From Ascidiella aspersa (taxonomy: Eukaryota), in NCBI GenBank assembly GCA_963924565.1, contig OZ004612.1, positions 25,358,001 to 25,422,000 of the forward strand: DNA of 64,000 nucleotides. Reading direction: 5' to 3'. Shown one piece after another: positions 27,301-39,300 of this stretch. The position numbers were made by a program, and so were the translations under genes. The notes beneath the pieces were generated by a model. The model had not been told where the DNA came from. It saw only the letters and a program-made list of their open reading frames with translations, and did no database searches. Numbering within the stretch: the first letter of the stretch is position 1; each line of letters opens with the position of its first letter.

Positions 27301-30300
27301 TTGCAAGCGTTATTTAAATTTGTGTTAATTTTTAACCCAGTTATAATATTTTGCAAATAACAACATACTTCGAACAGTAGAACCTAGCATAGCGGAATTA
27401 CAGTTTTCTGCATGCATACACAGGATGCACTTAATGCGAGTATATCTAATTTCGCGAATTCGATATAAAACGGTTTCAAGAAATTGTCTTTCGGCGATTT
27501 CCGATGTAGGTTAGAAACACCTAATAGCAAATTTGAGTGGCTAACAATTTCAGTGGTTAAGTCATTTCCCCACAAACAAACCGAATAAAAACTACAGGAC
27601 TAATACTGGCTAGTGTCATGTTAGCTGTATATATTTATCCACAGTTTATAAGTTACTGAATTGTAACATGAAAAAACTCCCGGGGGCCAATGGTTCATAA
27701 AACCGGGGGCCAATGGTTCATAGTGAAGTACCAAAATAGTCCACAGATAAAACGTATATCTAGGATTATGCATTTTACTATGTCTGCTAGGCGTACAGGG
27801 TGTTATCTAAATAGTCATGGCTGTCTACGGACGAAAACTAGTTAACAAGCCTTGGTACATACAAGCACCTTTACATATGTGCTGTTGGTACGAGGTAAAG
27901 TACATAAAAAAAGCTCTTTCGGTACTTGCTTATTTTAACGTTTTGGGCTACCTTTAAAGGATGCCTTTATCAGGGAATGCAACAACACCACGCTCAACAC
28001 CACGCAAAAAAATTGTTCGTTTGCAATCGCATTTTTTTAAGTCGTTTTACTAGGTGTTGTTGCATTCCCTGATAAAGGCATAGTTCTTGTAAAAGTTGGA
28101 TAAAATAAAAAAGTGCCGGAAGAGATTTTTTTGGAACCCCACCTACATTATCATTTTTATTCAACTGATAGCACCTTATTTTTACCCAAAAATAGGAAAA
28201 AGGGTGTTATCTATATAGTGGCTTTTAAATCGTCCACAAGTAAGATCTTACCTGAAAACCAAAGACTTTTAAAGGAGATAATAGAATGTTGTTCTTTAAA
28301 GCAGTAAACAAACAGTTTCCTATCCACCTTCAAAATTTTAAGTCAAATAAACTAAAAAACATGCGCTATTTTTCGGCAAGGAGCAACGGTTTACAGAACA
28401 GGTCACTGCAAATCTCCAACGGGTAAAAAAAATAACAAATCTCACCTTCTCGATCGAGCGTTTGCCGCCCAAGATCTTTACCAGCTCCGGTACTGTGGCG
28501 GCCAAACACCTGCCGGAGTTCTTTTTGCTTGACTGCTTGCGCATCTGGTTCTTGCTGCCTGAAGACGTAGCAGCGCCACTAGGGGCGCTCGAGACGCCGT
28601 TCTCCTGCTGAGGAGCGCTCGTCTGGCTTCTAAACGAAAAACAGGCGGTTAGACGTATTGGATCTCCTTTGGAGATCTTGTGGGCTTTAGATTGCAGGCA
28701 AGACGCATTTATTCAAAGGACAAGAGGTTTCAGCAAAGTGTTTTTCCTATTTAGGGTTAACTACCACGATTATCCAACATTTATTCAAGGCACGAAAAAA
28801 AAAATATATATATATATATCCATATCAAGTAATAAGCGTACACAACCGGCCGTAAAAGGGCGAGTTAAAGCCAACCCAGCCAATGCAAGCAAGTGTAGCC
28901 GGTTGATCACAATCTGCGGCAAAGTCTAGTCAGCGGCACGCGGCGATAGATCGGGTCTAAAGGGCGACTTTTCGGGCGCGATTGCTGAACACAAACAAGA
29001 GCGAACTGTGCCCGGGGCGCTTTGAGAGAGCCAAGTGTTATTGCTGCTGCTACCAGGTCCAAAGTGGAAAGGTGGTTGCCTGGACCTCCGGTACGGTCGC
29101 TAGAGGCCTACAGTCGCTTTGCAAGCCTGATTTGTCTGGCTAAACGTGTACACCAGGGGTTCTTAAACGTTTTTTTACCCCGGAGCCCTAATTTTTTTTT
29201 TGCTTCGCGTGCACCACGGTACGGTAGGCAAGAAATTTTATATAAATTGACGTCACGATACAAATAGACTTCATAAATGTTGATTTTGATGCAAAAAATG
29301 TGAAAGTGAAATGGAGTCCAATACAGTCAATGCATTAACAGTTTATTTTGAATAAAACTGTTTTCTTTGAAAACTTGATTATTTCTTAAATGTCCACTAA
29401 TATTTAAATTAAACCTTCATGTACCCACTAAAACTAGTTGTCGGACACCCAAGGGGTCCATGGACCCCAGTTTATGAACCCCTGGTGTACAAAAAGGCTT
29501 GGGTCAATTTGCAAACTTGCCAACGAGGCAGTTTGCGGGTTTGCAGGATTTAAAGTATTGCGTTGTGTATATTGACCTTTAAAGGTGACAGGCGGACGCT
29601 CCGCTTCTAAAAACGGCCGCAAGTGTTGGCGTAAAGCACGAAGTTAAACATTAACGGTAAATGCGCCGATATTTTTATTTAAAAGGGTACATTTGGAAAA
29701 CTTTTAAACCAGTTTGAACCTGCTAAGAGGAACAAAATTGAGCTGACAACAAATCAAAAATAACCCCTATAAATCGCACTAGCAATCCTAACGGCTTAAA
29801 ACAGACCAAAACAGCCAAAAAGGGGGGAATTTGTTCCAGGAACCTACAAAACTCTCTACAAGAGTACAGACCCTTAAATCACACAATCTTCCTAGCCAGA
29901 AAAAAGCGTTAAACAGCCCTAACAACCCACTGAGAGTCGTCGCCCTCCTGCCCAGCCGCGTCCTCGAACACCAAAAGAGCTGGTTCATGTTCCTCCGCAA
30001 TGGACTCCATGGGCAAAGGCCAGGTGATGCTTCGTCTGACGCCGTTGACGCGTCGCGCGTAGTAAGAGCGCTTACGAAGGCGCTTAGCCAGGGTCAAGTC
30101 GCTATAGCGCTTGCCGCATTTCTGGCACTTGAAGACTGGGCGCGTTTCGGCCGCGGCGGCTGCTGCCTTTTTGGCGCTCACTTGCGGCCAAGAGCGACTT
30201 CGCATGAGGCCGTCGCGAACTTTATCGGCCACTGTGAGCGGCGCGCCGCAGCGTAGACAGTCGTACTGCTTGCGCTGCTTGTTACAGCGCTTAATGTAGC

Positions 30301-33300
30301 CGGTCAGGCCAGAGCAAGGGTCGCTGGTGGCGTCTGGGGCTCGGCTTGCGGCTTCAGCGCGTTTCACGCCAGCGGCGGCGGGCTTTTGGTGCCCAAAAAC
30401 CGGCGAAAATTTGTCGTCGTTTTTCTTCTGGGCGTCTTTCACCCGCTGAAGCCTCTCTTCAAATCCGGGCTTAAACAGGTCGCCGACTCCGTTTTTCAAC
30501 GGTGGAATTGTCGCGTAGCCGTTGCTTTTGGTCATTCCGGTCAGATGCGACAACACAGTGGTGGCGGCCGCGTGGTCAAAGGGAAAGCACCGACCGTTAT
30601 CCGGCGCCGAATCGTCCATGATGAGCCAGGAGAAGGGCGGGAAGGCGCCGTGGTTTTCTGGCATGACAAAGGCAGTCATCTTGTCAGTGGAATTGTAGGT
30701 TTAATCAGCAAAAAGTCTTCTTTCTTCTTAAAGGCTTGAATTCATTGCGTTTTTTAGGTAAAAATAACTCGTCCTATTGTGAGTTAACCATGTAATTACG
30801 CTAACCAATTAATATAGTGAGCTGTCGATGCAACATAAGTACAGCGTCAGAAGGTGGTTGGCCGCGCATTTCCCGGTAGCTTGACCCAAATTAGGCTATA
30901 TAGCAGTGGTTCTCAACCTTTTTTTTCACCGCGTACCACCTCGAGGTTCTATGATCTTGTTGCGTACCAACAAATTATCGAAAAACACAACTTTACTCAA
31001 AATGTATATAGGATTATTAACAGGGGCGGATTAGCTAATTAGTTAGGCCGGAAATTTCAAAACAAATGCGGCCCACTAATCTTGAAAAAGTTTCCCTTTT
31101 TTAACTTGCAAGATACCGATAGTCAAGTTTTGTGATTCTTTGTTGTTTTTCTATGATGTCATAAAATAAATTTGCATAGATGTTCCGGAAAGATAATAAT
31201 TCTTATCCTTGATGAAGCATAAAATATTTAACTATGTATAGTTTATTACAATAGAAAAAATAATAAACTTTTTCGTAAAACTGTAATTTTAAACATACTG
31301 TGTACCCACCCAAAATTACTTCACGTACCACAGGTTGAAAACCACTGCTATATAGGCTAGGTGACTGTTTTCTGCGCAGAGCACATTGCAGCAAGGCCTT
31401 GTTTTTTTAACGGTTGGCCAGCTCACACAGCTAAAGTGACGTCAGATCACGCTACGCCATCCGCACCGAGCCTGGCTCTACGCACAAAAACGCACCTTTT
31501 AAGATAGCAAGGTATGCAAATTTCGTGTAAACAACCCATTTCCCATTCAGAAGTAGGTAGCACTTTGAATGTTCGCACAACTCTTTATTCAATGCAACAT
31601 CATGTTGAGTTATTCGAGAGTTAAGAGTTATTTGAAACGTTCAAAATTCTACCTACTTATGTATGGGTCTTTGATATTCTTATTACGTCTTACTACAACC
31701 TCCAACCATTATGCTCCAAAGTCCAAACCCATTTCCCATACAAATAATTAACAAATAGGGGCAGGCTAACAAATTGTGTTCAAAACTCCAGTTTTAGCCT
31801 TGTCAGCGAAATAAAGACGTAAACATTCGTACAACTTTGGAACTCCAAAACACTAAGTTTGAACAAGAATAATTTAAAACCGTTTTCCGATGTTTTAACT
31901 TTCGATGGCCGCAGCAAAGTGGACACCGCATGTTAATTAGCAAGCATTAACAAAGGAAATGAAGTAAGCGTGGGTGAAACGGGGTCGCCTGGGTAGCGGC
32001 GCTTTCGATAAAACAGCGACAAAAACGTTGACTCCCAACACAGATGCTTACAGTGAAACGCGAAAGGTAATAAAATTATCTAGCCCAGTAACCTAAGACG
32101 TGATAATAAAGAAACACCGGACAAAACGCGCTTTGTTGTTGAACAACGAACGCCTACTAGGCGTGTAGCGTCCCCTTGACGAATCGTACGGTGTTATATA
32201 CAACGGCTTACAAAATCGCAAAACCTGCCCAACTAACGAAGACTGGTATAAAACGGTTGGACATATGATTAACGGGGTTCATACCGACTTTGTTGGGGGG
32301 TGCTTAAAAAAAAGGGATGCTTAAAATTTTCGATAAATTTAACGTTACAAAATGACCGCTGTTTATATGCGGAGTGGTGAGAGAGTTAAAATGTGACTTA
32401 TTGGAAATGATTGACTAGCTGTCGAAATTTATGTGGAAATGGGGCCAAAAATTGTATGTATCAACAGAAATGTAATGATTTTGCATGTAGATTTATTTTA
32501 GTTTTATGGTGAATGAGCACCCTAAGCAACTTGGTTCCAAGATAGGGAAATTAATTGACATTGACAAGATTCAAAACACTGCCAATGAGGCGAGCTTATA
32601 AACAAGTAAGGTCGAGGTTTACAATTTCAAAGTCAAATCTTTCTGATCCTGAATGAACTGCCGTATTTCTAATTTTAAAATACATGGTGTAAAACCTATG
32701 ATAATAATTTGTGATCACCAGCACAGGCACACACTATCACGAAAAGAACGCGTGGTCTCATCAGCAAAAAGCAAACAACTGACCACAGCGCTAAGGTCTG
32801 GTGGGCACGCTATACGGGGGACTGAAGTGCAAATCGCTAAATCACCTCGCGCTTAAGCCGCCTGTCGTCAATTATGACGGGCCGTCGGTATCGCGACACG
32901 AGGCTCCGGCTTGTGTTTACGCTACAGGACTCTGCTGAATGGCAAACCTGGCTAAACCGCGATTCACCAATGAAATCTAGGCGCTGTGCATGACTTTTAG
33001 TGGATCTCATAGTTTTTATGCCTTTTTTGCTGTAAACCAAACTTTTCTTGGCCTTTCATTAACTACAGGGTTTTTTAAGCCGCGAAAATGCTGTTGCACA
33101 AAAAACACCGTGTTTTTCCAAAGTCCTGATTGGTATCGCTATTGATACGACAGAATTGGCCGACGCTGACAAAATTCATTGAGCGCGAAAGCCTTTATTT
33201 TCTCTTGACAAGTTCGCTTTGCACAATTTCCGAATTAAAAGCGCGAAGTTGTTACATAGAACACAACCTAACTCTAGGTAATTGCTGTACTGCATTAACT

Positions 33301-36300
33301 GGTGCTTCTTGCAATCTAAGAGCTGCAGCGGTTTGCCTGTAGGTTTCACGACAGGTGGCAACTGGTCATTCAATTGGTCATTCACTCAGCGTTCTCCGCA
33401 TGGACGTTTAGCGTTGTTCGTCACGGATAAATAAGCCGGCGTATGACGCAACACCGACTAGCAGTTGCATGAGCAACAAACTAAACCTCAAGCTTTAAAA
33501 CCAGGGCTACCCAACTAGTTTTAGCAAAGGTCCAGATACGAAAATACACAATTTGGCCAAATTGATTTAGTATTTAAAATAGTAGGAATGCAACATATAT
33601 GGGAAACATAAGGGCGTTTATTGTTCTGCTATAGTCGGCCTGTTGATGATTTTTTTGCCTTAACGGTTTTTGAAAACGTCACCTAATCATAACAGAAAAG
33701 TAGTTTATCAATTTTTTCAAAAATTGGATACAGGTACTCTTTGCACGGATCTGTAATGTAGCTTGAAAAGGAATCTTAAAGTGAAAAAGGTCGACTAAAT
33801 ATGCATTATCTTTATTAAGTAAATCGACATCTTCTTTATTTTTTAGATTTTGACTTGAAATTTGTTGGTGTTCACATTCAACCCTTTTAAGAGGAAAAAA
33901 GGTCGCGGTTCTAGAAAAGGCCGCGGTTGAGTAGCCCTGCTGTAAAGGTTACGCGTCTCCTAAATGGCACAACAAAGTGCGGTTTGCAGAACGGATAAAT
34001 ACTTCGAGGCAACAACATGCGGCTTAGGTTGCGTAACGCGTAGTTTTCTTTGCTGACGCGAAAGGTCCACCGTTATCACTATCATCTAAAAGCTAGATGT
34101 TTTTAAGAATTAAGGCATATTAAACTTTTCGAAATTTTGTTCTAAAAACATCACTACTTTTTCTATTATTTCTAATTGCCATCTCATAAATTTTCTTTAT
34201 TTTAATCATCTGAAAATCATCGTCTTGGTTGGGTATGCGTTTCAATAAAATTTCGCTCTCCTGTTCTTAACCAATTGCTGGTTACTGCCTCTCTCGTAGC
34301 CTTAACGATTGAACTGATAGGTTGAATTGAGGCCACGCTATAGCTTGGACGCAGCGGTGCGTGCAAAGCAAAACACCAAGGGCGTTTTTCTATGTTTTCT
34401 CATTCACTCTCTCTCGCTCGCTCTTTCTCTCTCGCTCTTACTCAATTTCACACCTTTTCTCAAAAACAAGCACCACTTCGAAACCACTCGGCTTGGGAAA
34501 AACGCAATCGAATAGGGAGAGCGGTAGTAATGACGGTCCAACTAAGCCCTGCGTTATGCATTATTCAAAAGGCTTTTTTTTAAAGAAAAATAAAATTTAA
34601 GGCATCAAAGAAAAAACTTCGAACAAGTTATAAGATTTCTTTCATTTTGCAAAAAAGAAATATGCGTTTTTTTTTGGCAAAAATATTAGGATAATAACCT
34701 AACGTTTCAAACACTTTTGCCAACCGCTCCTTCAACCAAAAAAGTCCTCTCAAATTTCTTATCAAGTCGTATGCCCGATCACGTTTTCTAAAAACGAATT
34801 TCACCATCACCACCCTTGCGGAAGCGGCCCTGCCAGTTTATTGTAAGCAGAGTGCAACTAAAATAACCTCGCCCAGTCGATTACACATCATCTGCTGGCC
34901 ATGCGCCGGCTACACGGCATTTATTTACTAACTATCCACCACCGTGCGTTGCGCCATTCAACTGAACCTAAACTGAACCCAAACTTGAGGTTAAGTGAGT
35001 AAGTGGCGATATTAATGCAAAACTCTAGGGATTGATGGGACTGCGCAAGCTACAACGCACATTCTACTGAATGAAGAAGCCTCCGGATTAATAAAACCAC
35101 TTTACGTTTAGATTGAGTAGGGCGAACACTATGAAATAGGGCGTCTATTTTTGTACTAAAAAATAAACCTTTAAAATTCAACTTTTGACAAATTTTGACC
35201 TAATTTTTTTTTGACAAAATTTTGACCTATTAGGAATACATTAATTTAATCAAGGCATTGCTGTACGAAGTACTGCAGTAGTGAAATAATTTCGATAACT
35301 TTTGACATAAGTTTGCCTTTTAGTCACGTCAAGGCAACAGACCCGGCGCTGCAATGGTCGTTTTTCGCAATCGGCCTAATTAGAAGCGACAGTCGTGCTT
35401 GCTAATTGCCAAACGAAGGGACGAGCAGACACTTTTATACGCCACGAACACGCAGACTGATCAACAGAAAAACATTACACACGGAGACTACGCAAACACA
35501 GTTTTATTACTCGACTTCTGCATTTTAGGTAAGAAACTCAACGGGTCGTAAAGGTTACTTAAACAAAGAGAACAACCAATTGATCCAAAATTCTAGGCTA
35601 CCGATAACTTCAAGTCATTTAGAAGAAGGCCGCCAGTTACTGTTCAAAGTTTACCTGGTTAATCGTTCGACAAATATAGATCTTTGACCTGGTCTGAGCC
35701 AATGTAGTCAAAAACAAACTTGTCAAAAACATACGGCTACGCACAGCCCTACTGATGCAGTGACATGTATCTAACTGTAACCTGCCAAAGGCCATCCGTT
35801 TAACGTAAGCCTACATCACAACAACTAAACTGTGACATCCCACTTTAGAAAGCGTTTGCTCACCGCAAAATACGTACAGCAGTAATCGTACATAAACTGG
35901 CTCTATGTCAATCAAGCACTTTGGGTTGAAGATTCGTCAGAAGCGACCGACACATCTTAAAACGATTTTGTCATTTGTATGCTGCTTTGACGCATATGAT
36001 AAAGCAGTGCATGCTCTTCCCTCAATTCCCGGCCATTTAACAGCTTTTAAATTATTTAATGGATTGCGTTAACAGACGCTCTTTGGCACTGCAACAAATA
36101 GGTAAAAATGGTGCGAATTTAGCCCACAACTCTTGCAGTTGTTGGTACAGGCCAATTTTAAACCCAAATCAATTTTTTTTAAAGAAACGATTAAAGTTTG
36201 AAGTAATTTTAAATAAGGCTGCGGAGTCGAAGTATGACTCATGACTTGACGGAGTTGGTCTATTTTGCTGAACTGGGGACTCAAGCACGACTCCGTTTCC

Positions 36301-39300
36301 CGAATTTCGCAACTGATGGGCAAAAACAATTTTAATTTTTTAAGGTGGGATAGAACGTGGTTGAATATTTTCAAACCATGTATTGTAGGTGGATAAAGTA
36401 TTTGACACCTCTAGGAGCGGGTAGCTGAACACTTCCCTGACTTAGTTACGTAAATGGCTGAAATATAGGCTGTGGAGTCGCAGCCGGACTTGAAAGTCAA
36501 ACTATAGTTTTCTTTAATCGACTCCGCAGAGCTAATTTCACCCAAATAAAATTTGACAACAATGCACTAAAAAAATTATAATTTACGCAATTTTTTTCAG
36601 AACGTAGAAAAAACAATATTACGTTTTATGAGTTATGGCCAATTTAAAGTTACGGCAGGCCGCAGCTATACGTAATACAAAAAGTGGCGTGCCATCGTTT
36701 AGGCAAGAGACTGATAAATGGGTTTTCACTTCGCTGATTGTAGTAAACAAAACAAAAACGAACAGCGGCGACGCTAAATTTACTTGGCTCGTGCGACCTG
36801 CTACAGGAAAATGCTAGTTCATCATAGAACGCCTTGCCTTTGGTATACAATTGACGTTGAAAAACATGTTTTTATTCGCGTATTAAGAACACATTAAAAA
36901 AGCTGATTAGATAATTGAAGATATCCCGGTTATCAATGCCGCTATTTTTTATCACCGCGTCATGCTAGAAAAATCATGTGACCGTTAGTATTCAGACCAC
37001 TGTTACTCGTATATGGCCCTACGGGTATATAGGCCGGCCTTGGGAGAAAGTGGGTTTTAGGGTTTTACAAACAATGACCTCGCCTTCTACGCTAGAGTCA
37101 CAAACAATAGCGGGCCGTTTGCCAAGGCTAAGGCAACCATTTTTTTGCTTGCCATTGATTCAAATTCGTATAGCCGGTAAATTTTCGGAAGAGCAAATAT
37201 TTTTGCCGGGCGTAACACGTTTTTTGGTCATTTAATGTGATTCATTTTCCTGTTACGTAATCTAGCTGTTTGGGTAAGGCAAGACGTGTTATAACTTAGT
37301 CCTGCATACCTAAGTAGTTTTTTTACATTTGCAAAATATGCTATTTCATTATTTCTTCATGCAAAACAAAATCATCAAATAGGCGAAAACAATTTATCAG
37401 TGTTGCATGAAATAGTAACACTAAAACGGGAAAAAATATCTTCAGACAATCTATTACCGTTTGACACCACCGAATGCAACAGGCTGATTGCCAAAGTATT
37501 CAAAAGGCAATTAGACATCTGGGAAACCAACTTCAGGTCAATAACACATCGCCAGCCGAACTAAAGACACGATTGAAAAGATTACACAATCAATATACTA
37601 CTCGGCACTGGTCTAGAATCCTACCACATTTATTTTAACAGTAACGAAACGAGTTGTCAAAGTTGAAATTGCAAGAAAGGCATAAATATGTAAGAATAAA
37701 TATAATAATAACGTAACCCACCTAAACCCAAACGATAACTCTCACCCTAACCAAAATAAAGTTAGCAATATAAACACTCAGACGAAAATGTGGTAGGATT
37801 CTAGACCAGCGCCCAATACTCATTTTTAAATAACCAAATACGAGCAACTAAATGAGAAAAAGTCTGTTTTTAAATCGAATAAATCAAACTTATTATTCCA
37901 GGGACAATGTAACTGGCAATAAGCTAAGCTTCTAGTCACACAATAAATGTGTAGGTTTCAAAATGCAAAATAATAAACGGAGTAGTTTAATGCATTTTAC
38001 AATGTAGCATTAACATTTTTAGTCGATTTATTGCCTAATAAAAAAACAATAAAAACATCCGTTTCTATAGTTACTGGTGATACTGTCAAACAACAATTTC
38101 CGAAAACGTTTGCTAGCAACACAAAGATAACGTCAAAAAAACTGACAAAACATCCAACAGAGAAATAGCAATACTTCCAAATGCACCAATTTTAGGAGCC
38201 AATCAATCAGCAAAAACAAGCAGTCTTACCCGCGTGCCTTTACAGGCAGTCGCATCGTAACAGATAACGTAAACTGAACGGCTCACTACTACTTCCTACG
38301 CTGAGCCAGGCTGGCCGATTATATCAATAGCAAATCGGCCGCCGTTCAAATTCAGTTTGGGCGCCGGCTGCGGTGTGACCTGGAGTTACCCCATCGCGTG
38401 GTTGGTCACGCATGGGTGGCGGCTTGTACAACAGCCCGGAGTTACTTCGGGTGACTGGCTCGTGCGATTGTTACCTCATAGATGCCGTGATATGCGGTGA
38501 CTATTGTGTCACAATGCCCATGGACAGACGTTACTGGTAGTCTGGTACAGTCTCTTACTTCGTAAGTTTAATTTACTTTTCAAGTCAATTTGCGTAAAAC
38601 TAGGCGAACCCTGGGTGAACAAAATGAGCGGTAATCACGGGACGGCCGTGCCCTTTCGACAAACATGTGGATTGGGGGCGGGACAAAAGTCACAGACGCT
38701 TTTCTATTAAGAGAATTTCCCTGCGATTGGCAGTTCAGCTAATTATGGAAAGCCGGCGATATATTGAACAGTTAACATGTAAAAAGATTTTTCTAAGATC
38801 TCCAAAGAATCATAAAAGGTAAAAAGCTTTAAAATGACTTAAAAAAAGTTCAAAAACAACCTTTGTTTGCAAATTGAATAGCAAAATATTCCATTAAATC
38901 TTTTATCTTCAGTACCCATTTCAGCTATAACCTTTTTGTTTTTCGAAGTCGAAAACTTTTTGATGCCGAACGAAAATACAAAAACAGTTCTGGAATAAAA
39001 GTTGGCTGCGAACTCAGATTTTTCTCTGCCAAAACAGCATATTACAACGACTGAAGATAGTGTTTTACGGTTCAAAATGAAGGTTCCACAATTGTAACAG
39101 CAACAATAAAATTTCACACTACTATAAGTCGAGTTTAAATGGAGAAAAAATGTACTGACTGCAAGAAAGTTTAACGCATCAGAGATAACTAGCAGCTTTG
39201 GGTTGTATCGGCTTTAAACCCAGACACTATTTGTGGATAAACAAGTATAGCGAGCTAATAGCGCTATACAGCATAAAAATACATAATAGAAAAGCTGTGA

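Noticed and set aside
29909-30679. Nested ORF as a giant alternative first exon of ACC
   Set aside because: Its best donors (30076, 30182) are phase 1 and 0, but the next ACC exon needs phase 2; it has its own stop and polyA signal.
29831-30739. Plus-strand ORFs of 141 and 117 aa
   Set aside because: Antisense shadows of the GC-rich minus-strand ORF.
35864-35893. Third alternative ACC first exon ([10 protein letters not shown])
   Set aside because: Ends in phase 0, incompatible with the phase-2 acceptor.
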